Source of the DNA: Octopus vulgaris
Taxonomy: Eukaryota
Direction of reading: 5' to 3'
Assembly: GCA_951406725.2 (NCBI GenBank)
Contig: OX597826.1
Location: forward strand, 25,110,001 to 25,174,000
Length of the DNA stretch: 64,000 nucleotides
In this document: positions 43,747-55,346 of the stretch, in pieces
How the letters are laid out: the number at the start of each line of letters is the position of its first letter
Position numbering within the stretch: the first letter of the stretch is position 1
Translations under genes and position numbers: made by a program
The notes under the pieces: generated by a model
Databases searched by the model: none
Told to the model about the DNA's origin: nothing
What the model saw: the letters and a program-made list of their open reading frames with translations, nothing else

Positions 43747-44348
43747 GGATCTTTTCCTTTTGAACGGCACTTTGTAACATAATTTCTAGGTAACTAAAAA
43801 GTTTTAAACTTCCTATACTGGTAGAATGTGTTTATAAAACATCATTTTCTCTTGGTTTTATTGAGAAAATTCTATAGTTTGTAAGATATTTCGTCTGAAA
43901 TTTCGAGCATTTCGGCAATTTTATCCAATCGATTACCTCCATTGAGCTAAAATCATTTGCTGCGTCTAAAACTGAGACAACATCCTGTAACTAACCCTAA
44001 ACCTAACCCTCAACCTAAATTTTTTTTTGTTAATTGTTAAATTAATTTAATTGTGTAACAATTAAATTAATTTAACAATTAAGAAAAAAAATTTAGGGTT
44101 AGGGTTAGGTTTAGGGTTAGTTACAGGATGTTGTCTCACTTTTAGACGCAGCAAATGATTTTAGCTCAAAAGAGAGCATAGGATTGGTTAAAATTCGAAA
44201 AATTAAACTACGTTAAACAAACAAATTACATACAATTTTCTCAAGAAAGCCAAGAGAAAAAATGTTTTATTTTGACATATTCTACCAGTATACGAAGTTT
44301 GAAAGTGTTTTAACTAGAAATTGTGTGCCGTTCAAAAGGAAAAGATCC
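43747..44348. mobile_element. Foldback telomeric-repeat MITE, copy 3 (602 bp), inverted relative to copy 1
   Basis: Same TIR as copy 1; 8-bp TSD GAGCTAAC; palindromic almost to the centre at about 44055. Confidence 0.93.
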
Positions 44349-44476
44349 GAGCTAACTTAATTAGCGTTGGCTCCTCGTTAATTAAACAATATATTTCATT
44401 ATGCACAAACAGAACACACGCGCACACACATATGCGTTCTCTATTATCAAAATAATTCGTTTCTGTGAATACTTAC

Positions 44477-44792
44477 CTATTTTGCAATTAGCATTTAAAA
44501 AGCGACACCAGCCGAAACACAGGTGTAACTGTGTAACTGATGTCGCTTTTTCTGCCCTTCTTTCTCAGTAGCAGTTTCGTTTTTCTCTTCATTCCCTTCG
44601 CGTGTTTCTTAGCTGCTGCTGCTGGTTCGTTGTCGTCGCCACCAGCGCCACCTTCTAATACTCACGGCCATCAGTACATACCCGCACACGTTTGTGTCTG
44701 TATGTACTTCATGCTACGTAATGCTATTCGGTTCTTTCTCCCACTACGCTCCACATTAACCGCCGGGTATACTATTTCATTTCGGCGGTACG
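44477..44792 (-). other. Candidate 316-nt exon of the unidentified minus-strand gene containing a strong hairpin
   Basis: ttattccctgttgccttcaag|...AATAG|gtaagtat; GC/CpG-richer unique segment; phase 1 reads [39 protein letters not shown]. Confidence 0.45.
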
Positions 44793-45396
44793 CTTGAAGG
44801 CAACAGGGAATAAGATCTCGCACTTCGTCTTACATAGTTATCTTTCTCAGATGTTTGCATACATACATACATACATACATGCATACATACATACATACAT
44901 ACATACATACATACATACATACACATGCATACATGCATACATACATACATACATCCATACATGCATACACATGCATACATACAGACACACGCACATTGTG
45001 TATGTGTGTATTTTCAATATGATATGATTGAGATGCAGTCCGAGGGATATATATACACACACGCATATACATATATATATATTTATATATATATACGTAC
45101 ATACACACACACATATATATTTGCACACACATACATATATATATACATCCATATATTATTTTACTTGTTTCAGTCAGTTGAATGCGGACATGCTGGAGCA
45201 CCGCCTATCAGCCGAAATTGCGAGGATGATCCGGTTCTTGACTGAAGATTAGAGACTTCGAATGACCCGTCCATTTTTTGTGTCGTCTATTTGAGTGTTT
45301 TGCGTCCTTGTCCCATTTTGTACTTTTTTATATATAAATATTTTTTCTACATATATATATATATATTTTCTACATATATATATATATATATGTATC

Positions 45397-45455
<59 letters not shown>

Positions 45456-45542
45456 CGGGAAGCTTTATGAAAATAGACAAAAGACGAAGGCAGGTGGAAA
45501 ACAAACAAACAATTGTATTATATATATATATGTATATATATA

Positions 45543-45624
<82 letters not shown>

Positions 45625-45633
45625 TATATATAA

Positions 45634-48600
45634 ATATCCTTAAATCCTTAAATCCTTAAAAATGTTTTAGCCCGAAGGCCGCGGCCATGCTGGGGCACCA
45701 CCGCTGAATGAGCTACACTAATATGTGAATCCACCTCTGATACGTGGCACTTGATCAATACGGGAGTTCGATGCCGCTGCCCGCATCTGCGTCTCCTGTC
45801 GTGAGGTAGGTTCATCTGGGACCCCCGACAAGAAGAGATCCAGTTTAGTTTTAAAGAAACCCACATCCACACCATGTAAGTCTCTCAGGCATTTAGGGAG
45901 GATGTTAAAGAGCTGTGGTCCTCTGAAACCCAAGCTGTTGCAGTATCTGGACCTGTATTTTGATGGTGATGTTGGAATCTTTGGCACCATGCAGTGGCGC
46001 CCCGTTCTGCGGTTGAGGTAACTTTGAATGCCAAAGTTTGGGATAGGATTTTCCAGATGTATATCACCGCATATCTCTCCCGCCTTCGCTCTGGGGAGAA
46101 GAGGTTTAATACTTTCAGTCTTTCCCAGTAGCTGATATTTTGCATTGAGACGATCTTCTTTGTGTAGCTTCTTTGAATTGCTTCGAGTTCTGCTGTTAGT
46201 TTTATATTGTGTGGTGACCATAGTTGGGAGCAGTAGTCCAAGCGGCTGAGGACGAATGTTTTCCAGAGGACCATCAGTGTCTCCTTCTCTCTTGTTCTGA
46301 AAGTTCGGAGAATCCATCCAGCTAGCCGTCTGCATTTTATCACCAGATTAGTAATATGCACTTGGAAAGATGTCAATGCCTAGGTCTCGCACTGATTTTG
46401 ACTCAGGGATTGCAATTCTTCCTGGGCCAGTGTATCCAGTCTGCACGTCGTTTACCTTTGTGTGCCGGTAGCGCAGGGCCTGGAACTTACCTGCATTAAA
46501 CTGCATGTTGTTGTCCTCAGCCCACCTGTATATTGTATCCAACTCCTGTTGCAGATGCGCAATATTTTCAGGGTTTTGTATTGTGTGGGAGACTTTTGTG
46601 TCATCTGCATAGCTAGCAAGGGTGGCCATCGTAGCAACTGAAGGCATGTCTGAAAGGGCCACTATGAACAGCAGTGGCCCCAAGACAGTGCCCTGTGGAA
46701 CACCGCTTGTTATTTGTGTTTCCTTGGAGGTGGCTCCATTGCTCACAACTGCCTGTCTTCTGTCTTTTAGGAAGTTGTGCAGCCACTCTCCAAGTTTTCC
46801 GCCTATGCCGAGACCACGCAGTTTGTGACAGATCATACCGTGGTCGACTTTATCAAAAGCTTTTGCAAAGTAGAGATATATTACATCCACATTTGAGCCA
46901 TTTAGTAGCTGTTTTAACACCCAGTCAGGAGCTGTGTTAGGCAGCTTCTACCTGGTCGAAATCCATGCTGGGTGTCAGACAGCAAGTCATTTTCTTCAAG
47001 GAACATGATTAGTTTCTTGCGGACTATTCGTTCCATGACTTTGCTGATGTGTGAGGTCAGAGAGATAGGCCTATAATTTTTAGCATCTGCTCTGCTACCT
47101 CCCTTATGGATAGGGCATATTACCCCCTCTTTCAATTTGACTGGGAGCTTACCACTTGCAAGAAAGCTCTGAAAAAGAAGCTGTAGCGGTTTTGCAAGGG
47201 CTCGTTTGCACGATTTGAGAAGGATCGCTGGAAATCCATCAGGTCCAGCAGCTGAGTTTGTGTCAATCTCATCTATGGCTAGTGTGATATCATCATCTTC
47301 AATGTTGATGTACTCAATTTTTGCCTCTTTGGCCGCAGGTAAAGTGGCAAAGAATTCTTCTGGGTTGTTTACTTGCCTGTGTCCTAGAGGTGTAGTGAAC
47401 ACACTTTGGAATTGTTCGTTCAGTATTTCACTTATCCTCGTGGGATTTCCTGTGAGAGAGCCATCTTTTTGGAAGAGAGGTCCTATTCTCTGGTGCACTG
47501 TGGCTGTCTCTTTGGCAAACTTAAAGAAAGCTTTAGGGTTTGATTTTATATTTTCTATTACCCAAGCTTCTTTATCTGCTCTCTCCTTTTCATGGGACTG
47601 ATGCAGACTTTTCTCAATTTCCATTAGCATTCTCTCGAGCCGAGACTTCTCACCACTTTTGTGTGCTTGCTCAGGCGGTTCGCAATCCTTGTCCGTCGTC
47701 TCATAAGAATCTTCCTTTCTCTAGGGATCCTGTTTTTGTTTTGTGTGCGCTGGCCCTGCACACTGGGACATATTTGTCACATATGGCTTGTATTATGGAC
47801 ATTAAGTGTTTGTGTTTCATGTTAATGTCCGGTGTGGAGAGACATTTAGGCCAATCCTGTTTGAGGATCTCTTTCTCAATCAACTTCCAGTTTGCTTTAT
47901 GAAAGTTTAAGTTGGAGAGATGGTGGATGCTTCGTATAGGCTGTGTGTCTACGGGGGCTTTTGGTCCATACATAGACAGCTCTATTATGTTGTGATCCGA
48001 GATCATTGTCGGCATCACTTTAACATTATGGATAATATCCATATTGTTTGTGAAGCAGAGATCCAGTATATTATCTGCCCTTGTTGGTTGCAGAACTATT
48101 TGCTCCATGAAAGAGGCATTTGTGAGATGGAGCAGGGACTCTGCCTGTGCCTGCTGATGGTGTGTCATCCCTGAGAGCATCTGCCTCCCAGGCCATTCCA
48201 CATTGGGGAAGTTAAAGTCACCCATGAAGAATACACTGTTATGTTGTTCAAGGTTGGTGAGGACTTCTCCTATTTTTGTTAAGCAGTCTTCAAACATGCC
48301 TGAGTGATTTGGGGCATCTGGTGGGCGATATGTAGTGCATATGACGATATTCAGTTGTCTTATGTGTACAATTTGAGTGTCACACACTGAGTTTGAATAT
48401 GACAACAGGACCTGGGGCGTGAGGTCATCTCGGATGTACATTGCAACTCCACCATGGCTCCTCCCTTTTCTATCTGAGCGTATGACTGCATATTGCGGCA
48501 TGTGTATTTCTGCATCCCCTATACCGGGTCCAAGATACGTTTCTGTGAGTGCCATGCATATAGCTTGATTGCATGTCACAAGGTCTCTCAGGAATGAGAT

Positions 48601-49262
48601 TTTCCTTTTACAGTTGCCGCGCAGCAGCCCTCCTACGTTCAGTAGAAATATTTTTGTGGTGTGTGTGTTGGTGTCTGTGGTGGCCATCCTGCATCTGTTG
48701 GAGGTGGCCTTATGTGGTGGTAGTTCCAGCTTTGTGTTTGTAGCCAGGTCAGCTGCTGAACAATTTTTTGTGCCATGCACAAAAAAGATTGCTGTTCAGC
48801 TGCTGCCCTTCTCACATCTGGGTGAAGCTGGCCATTTGTTGGGTTACCGCGCACTACATCCGCATATCGTCTTTCAGGAGTGGTCAGTGCGCTATTTTTC
48901 CTTCTTTTATATTTTCTTTTTCCTTATCTTTTTGTTCTCCCCGAGGGAGGGATTTTTGTCCCGTGTCCGTGCGGTTTTGGTAGGGCTTCTGATGTGCAAA
49001 GCGACAGTTTGCACCTTCGACGCCGTGCCAGCAGTCCCCCTTCAGGTAGAATTTGCAGATGTTTCTGCCTTTGCCCTTATAGTTCTTGCTGGGGTTCTTT
49101 TGTTTTTTCTGAACAGTGTTTGTTTTGGTTCTAATTTTCTTGTGTTTTACCTTGTTTCCCATCAATTTTAGGGTGCTTTTCTTTTTTTGCGGCCATCGCA
49201 CCTCTTTGGTCTTCAGTTGTGTTGGGAGCTGGACATGTGCCATTGTTTCCCTTTGTTCTAGG
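45634..49262 (-). mobile_element. CR1-clade LINE, near full length (~3.6 kb), inactivated
   Basis: N-terminal CCCH zinc finger (CKFYLKGDCWHG...CRFAH); APE endonuclease (ALTETYL, YRPP, MGDFN, LDL, SDHN); RT (GPDG, YRPISL, QHGF, AFDKVDH, GVPQGTVLGP, YADD); (TTTAAGGA)n tail. Broken by frameshifts and stops; YLDF is mutated to YLYF. Confidence 0.95.
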
Positions 49263-49309
<47 letters not shown>

Positions 49310-49342
49310 CATATATATATATATATATGTATGTATGTATGC

Positions 49343-49394
<52 letters not shown>

Positions 49395-49480
49395 TATATA
49401 CATATATATGTATATATATATATATATGTATATATATATACATATATATATACATATATATGTATATATATATATATATG

Positions 49481-49536
<56 letters not shown>

Positions 49537-49540
49537 CACA

Positions 49541-49599
<59 letters not shown>

Positions 49600-51270
49600 G
49601 ATCTGGTTCTTGACTGATGACTGAGGGCTTCGAATGTCCCGTCCTGTGGTTCTTGTGTCGTCTCTGTGGTGTTTCATGTTCTTGTCCATGTCTGTAATTA
49701 TTTTTACTGTTTACCTATATGATCGGCGGCTACGTATCCACAATTGTCCTTATACGATAAGTATATTTTTTCTCTAGCATTGATACGACTCTTAATCTGT
49801 TTCTTTCTCTCTCTCTCTCTCTCCTCCCTTATTCCCCTTCCTTTCTTTCCCTCTCCATCCGTCTCCCCCCCCTTCTACGTTTCTCTATCTCTCTCACCTC
49901 CAGCCCCCTCGATCTGTCCCTTTCTTCTCCTCCCTCGTCCACCTTCTCTCTCTTTTCATCTGTCCCTTTCTCCTGTCTTTTGTTCTCACGTGACCGCTAG
50001 CCGCTGTTGAGCGCTCTTTTCGTTCAGCAGCCGCCGAAGCAACACGTATTTGTTCGTCTCCCTGCGGCCATTAGGCACAACTTCATAAGCCAGCCCCATA
50101 CTCAACTCGTCCTGTCGAAAGACCCTTGTCCTACGTCCTGGTTTTGTTTTGTTGTTTATTTTTTATTTTTACCGTTATTGTTTTTACGTTTTTGTATTCT
50201 TATGGTGTCACGTATTCTGTATTTTTGTTCGTGTACTTCGTTCGTTTTCCGTCCTCGTGTTGTATACATTCGAAGCTTTCTTCCAGGGGATCTAATGCGC
50301 TTGGCTTAGATTTCCCTTGGCGGGCTGCCCATATCGGAGCAATCTCAAGATTAATCAGCCGAAATTGCTAAGATGATCTGGTTCTTGACTGATGACTGAG
50401 GGCTTCGAATGTCCCGTCCTGTGGTTCTTGTGTCGTCTCTGTGGTGTTTCATGTTCTTGTCCATGTCTGTAATTATTTTTACTGTTTACCTATATGATCG
50501 GCGGCTACGTATCCACAATTGTCCTTATACGATAAGTATATTTTTTCTCTAGCATTGATACGACTCTTAATCTGTCTCTTTCTCTCTCTCTCTCTCTCTC
50601 TCCTCCCTTATTCCCCTTCCTTTCTTTCCCTCTCCATCCGTCTCCCCCTTCTACGTTTCTCTATCTCTCTCACCTCCAGCCCCCTCGATCTGTCTCTTTC
50701 TTCTCCTCCCTCGTCCACCTTCTCTCTCTTTTCATCTGTCCCTTTCTCCTGTCTTTTGTTCTCACGTGACCGCTAGCCGCTGTTGAGCGCTCTTTTCGTT
50801 CAGCAGCCGCCGAAGCAACACGTATTTGTTCGTCTCCCTGCGGCCATTAGGCACAACTTCATAAGCCAGCCCCATACTCAACTCGTCCTGTCGAAAGACC
50901 CTTGTCCTACGTCCTGGTTTTGTTTTGTTGTTTATTTTTTATTTTTACCGTTATTGTTTTTACGTTTTTGTATTCTTATGGTGTCACGTATTCTGTATTT
51001 TTGTTCGTGTACTTCGTTCGTTTTCCGTCCTCGTGTTGTATACATTCGAAGCTTTCTTCCAGGGGATCTAATGCGCTTGGCTTAGATTTCCCTTGGCGGG
51101 CTGCCCATATCGGAGCAATCTCAAGATTAATCAGCCGAAATTGCTAAGATGATCTGGTTCTTGACTGATGACTGAGGGCTTCGAATGTCCCGTCCTGTGG
51201 TTCTTGTGTCGTCTCTGTGGTGTTTCATGTTCTTGTCCATGTCTGTAATTATTTTTACTGTTTACCTATA
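49600..51270. repeat. Head-to-tail tandem of a 775/776-bp non-coding element (2 units plus a ~120-bp terminal repeat) flanked by (TA)n
   Basis: Units start at 49600, 50375 and 51151 (GATCTGGTTCTTGACTGATGA); near-identical; a diverged fragment lies at about 45206-45320. Confidence 0.95.
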
Positions 51271-51405
51271 TATATATATATATATATATGGGGCTAAATA
51301 GCAGTATCATTCTTCCCTTTCCTGGGACTGCCATATTAAGTTGGCAACAACCATCACTTTATATATATATATATGTAAAAATATACATATACATATACAT
51401 ATATA

Positions 51406-51476
<71 letters not shown>

Positions 51477-51539
51477 GCGCACACACACACACACACACGT
51501 GTGTGTGTGTGTAAAAATGTCAAGGGTAGAAAATGCTAA

Positions 51540-53180
51540 AATATTTTTATAAAATACATTTCAATACCGTTTTCAGTCATTGAAACTTTTTTCAACTGTA
51601 AGTATAGAAAACGATTAAATTTTGGAAAAGTTTTTTTAAAAGAATATATGCCTAGTATTCAAATACAAGTGGCATCTTCCTTGTTTCTGCCTGCCTCTGT
51701 CTCTCTTGTTTACTCTTGTGGATTCGAGGTTGCTGTGAATTCTTGGCAGAGAAGAAGAAGAAGAAGAAGAAGAAGAAGAAGAAGAAGAAGAAGAAGAAGA
51801 AGAAGAATGCGGGAGAGCCATGATAGTAGTAGGATGTTAAATGGTCAAGTGCCTTGAAAGTGGCTTGTTGTGGGTGGTGGTAGTGATTGAATTCTTGAGA
51901 CATCTTTTTTGAATGTATTGTTTATAATATTTGCGTAGGTGTTATTCTAAACAGCAATAGTAGTAAAATAAGAAAGAGGAGGCGGAGAAGAAGAAGGGGA
52001 AATATAAGAGATAATAATAATAAAGGATGTAGGTGGTATGATAGTAGTAGGATGTTAAATGGTCAAGTGACCTAAAAGTGACTCGTTTTGGATTATAGTA
52101 ATGATTGGGACTGTTTTTTAATGAATTCTTGTGTATCTCTTGAATGTATCATTTTTAATATTTGCGTGTGTGTTTGTGTTATTCTAAGGCCGTGGTGGAT
52201 ATGTTGTTTGTTGTAGAAGCGTTCAAAAGGGGTCTGTATTTTGTAACAAAGATAGTCTCTTTACTAATTCGTTGGCAGGTTGTATCGTTCCTGAATTGGT
52301 AGAGGGAAAAAATTGTGAAGCTTGGATTTTTGTTATTGGCGCAAATGTCGATGTGTTGGCTGAATGCTATTTTTCTGTTTCTTTTTTTTTATTTTGATCT
52401 GGGATCTGTGCAGAACCATCCTTTGACGTAGTGTTTTTTGTTCGGCCTATGTATTGCTCTTGATTCACAGAGCAGGTTAGTGCGTATATCAAGTTTTCCG
52501 AAGCACATGTGCTTCCCTGTTTGAAGGAGAACTCTGATCCCTCAATTAAATTGACGCATATCCTACAATTGGGTCATCCGCATCTTTTTACTGACGGCTT
52601 CTGTGCTGTTGCTGATTGTATTCGGGCTTGTGTTAGGAAACTTTTCATAGATTTGGGTTGTCTCTTGCTTTTTATGATAGTGTGTTTGGAGAATTAAGTT
52701 CATTCTGTGGTCCTTTTTTAGCAGGGGGATGTTTTGAAGGATGGTGTCGAAGGCTTCATTGTTAAGAGAGTTGTGTGTGGAGATGTATGGCAGGGCTTTT
52801 GGTTGTAAATCCTTCTTTAATTTGGGATGTCTAAGTTCGTGGATATTGAGTTGTAGGGCACGATGAAAGCATATGTCAATTAGTGAAGATGGTGATACAC
52901 TCATCCTGGTGATGAGTGTATCCTTTAGTTCATGTAGTCATGTGTCCTTGGTGCTTACATTAGAAACTATAGTACATATCCTTTTTGCTAGGTTGAAGGC
53001 GATATTCATTCTGATGTATCTGGGGTGGAATGAGTTGAACGGTAGATATTGCTTAGAATCCGTGGGCTTATTGTATATATCTGTTTCTATTACGTCGTTA
53101 GATTTCTTAATGAGGATGTCGAGGAAAGGAAGTTGTTCATGGCTATATTCTACAATCACGGTAACAGAAAAATAAATTGA
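51540..53180 (-). mobile_element. Penelope-like retroelement relic (RT C-terminus plus GIY-YIG endonuclease)
   Basis: LPFLDILI...TDIYNKPTDSKQYLPFNSFHP (52938-53204) and TCASENLIYALTC...EQYIGRT near 52430-52510; frameshifted. Confidence 0.88.
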
Positions 53181-54455
53181 AATCATTATACACAATAAAC
53201 CCACCCTAAAAAGGCTGTCTTATATAACGATAATTTATAAATCAATAAAAATCCAACGATCTCTTCAATGTTCACATGGATGTCCAAAACTGCATAAATG
53301 GGCAACTTTGGTCTCTGTATACGCTGCACAAAATGGAAACTTGTTTTCCTGAAATCACGCGTGGTCATTGGTTTACCGAATAATTGTCGAAGTTTATCTC
53401 ACAAAAACGACCTGGTCTCTCTATACATACTACACAAAACAAAAACCTGCTTTCGTGAAACCACTGGTGGGTTTTATCGAGATGACGAACTTTTGATCCT
53501 CAATAATGTCAAATCAGGCTTTCAGAAAAATTTCATAACTTCTTCAAAAACTTGGGTTTCCGAAAAATTTTAGCTTATCTCACAAAATCGAACTGAATTT
53601 TACTCTCAGACCTTTTCCATTTCCTTTATTACCTTTACCATAAACTTAATGAAACACTAAATTAGGATTGTGAAAATGTTCACATCTTACCTGGATACTC
53701 TTAGTATTTCATTACTTTGGAGTAGATTAAACATTTACCAGTAATATAATGATTCACTCAATCGACTATCAGTCGTCATTTTACAAAATTTGGTTTTATG
53801 ACGTATGAAAAAATTAGCCGTATATACTATTATCAATAACCTATTTTTCTGTTAAGTATTTTAGCAGACATGGCTTTGTGGTTAAAAAGGTTTGCAACCA
53901 CGTGTGTGGTTTCAGGTTCGATCCAGCTGCGCCTTAGGCTAGTATCTTCTACTATAGCCTCGGGATATGTATGTATGCGTGTGTTTATGTTTGTCCCCCA
54001 CACTCATTTAACCGGCGTTAGTCTGTTTCCGTCTCCATAAATTAATGGTTCGGCAACAGAGGTCTATAGAATGTATACCAGACTTTAAAAACAAAAGCAA
54101 TTTTTTTAGGGTCGGTTGGTTAGACAAAACCTTTCAAGGGGGTGTCCCAGAATGGTCGCTGTCCAATGACTGAAACAAGTAAAACATAAAAAAGATAAAA
54201 GGCGAAGACATTCAATATTGATAAATTGAGAGAGATAGACAAAGAAGATGGTAGCTTTTTAATTTTGAGTAATTCTTTGGGTTTATTAGTTAGGCATGGG
54301 TAAGCATGTACAGTACTGACTTCAGTTGAGCATTTCATGAGAATATAGCAAATACGGGTGATGTATTATCATCATCATACATATGTTTCGTTCACATTCG
54401 GTTTTCAGTCTTCAGCCTGTATAAGATTTTGGTTCATGAATAATATATATGTGTG

Positions 54456-54496
<41 letters not shown>

Positions 54497-54740
54497 AGGG
54501 ATCTTGAATCAACTGTATACATGTTTAAGATAGATGTAGAATTAACAGATTTAATGGTTCAACAAACCAACTTGGCTTTCGCTAAATAGCTGATCCGATG
54601 TTTCCGAAGACCTACTGAATATGCGAAAGCAGGATTTCTTTGCTAAACCAATAAATCTGTACGACACACACACACACGGAGAGAGAGTGAGACAGAGGGA
54701 GAGAGAGAGTTTTTATTGGAACTGAAACTGAGAATTTATC

Positions 54741-54780
54741 TCGTAACTCGAGTTTCACGCCATTGCGATCTTCATGCGAA
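54741..54780 (-). ncRNA. Degenerate minimal hammerhead ribozyme
   Basis: Minus strand: UUCGC-AUGAAGA-UCGC AAUG GCGU-GAAA-CUCGAG-UU-ACGA; palindromic stem III; C3 mutated. Confidence 0.55.
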
Positions 54781-54975
54781 ACTAAATAGTTATTTTTCCA
54801 TCGGTTCTATGAGTTATTTCTGTGATGTAGTGTATTTCTTGCCATTGTAGGTGTATGGAGTAGTTAATTTGCTTATGTTTGTTGGTAGGCGTTTTTGCTT
54901 ATTTCTTTATTTAATTGTATTTATTGTTCTTGCCAGTCACTAGACTGCACACTATCAATATTAAGTTGTAATAGT

Positions 54976-55015
54976 TTTGCCTGAAGATAGCAGAGACGTG
55001 AAACTAAGTCGCGAA
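54976..55015 (+). ncRNA. Minimal hammerhead ribozyme, same family as 54741-54780
   Basis: UUUGC-CUGAAGA-UAGCAGAGACGU-GAAAC-UAA-GUC-GCGAA; intact core and GUC site, weak stem II. Confidence 0.6.
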
Positions 55016-55115
55016 CCGAACTCTCAGGTTCTGTCTCAGGAACAAAAAAAAAAAAAGCCGTCATCTACAATATTTACAGGACTCATCTCCCATTCGTCCA
55101 ACATAAAGCAACCTA

Positions 55116-55179
<64 letters not shown>

Positions 55180-55346
55180 CACATGTATATATGCATACGC
55201 AGATATTTATATATACATAAGCATATATAGGTGCATGTATATATATATGCTTGTTTTATGTCCAGTAATACTAAAAACGATTTTGCATTAATGTGATGGG
55301 TAACTCTATACTTTTTGTATAGAGTACAAATTTATTATTCTTAAAC

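Noticed and set aside
44497-44551. Iron-responsive element or SECIS
   Set aside because: No CAGUGH loop with a single C bulge, and no AUGA/GA quartet with apical AA.
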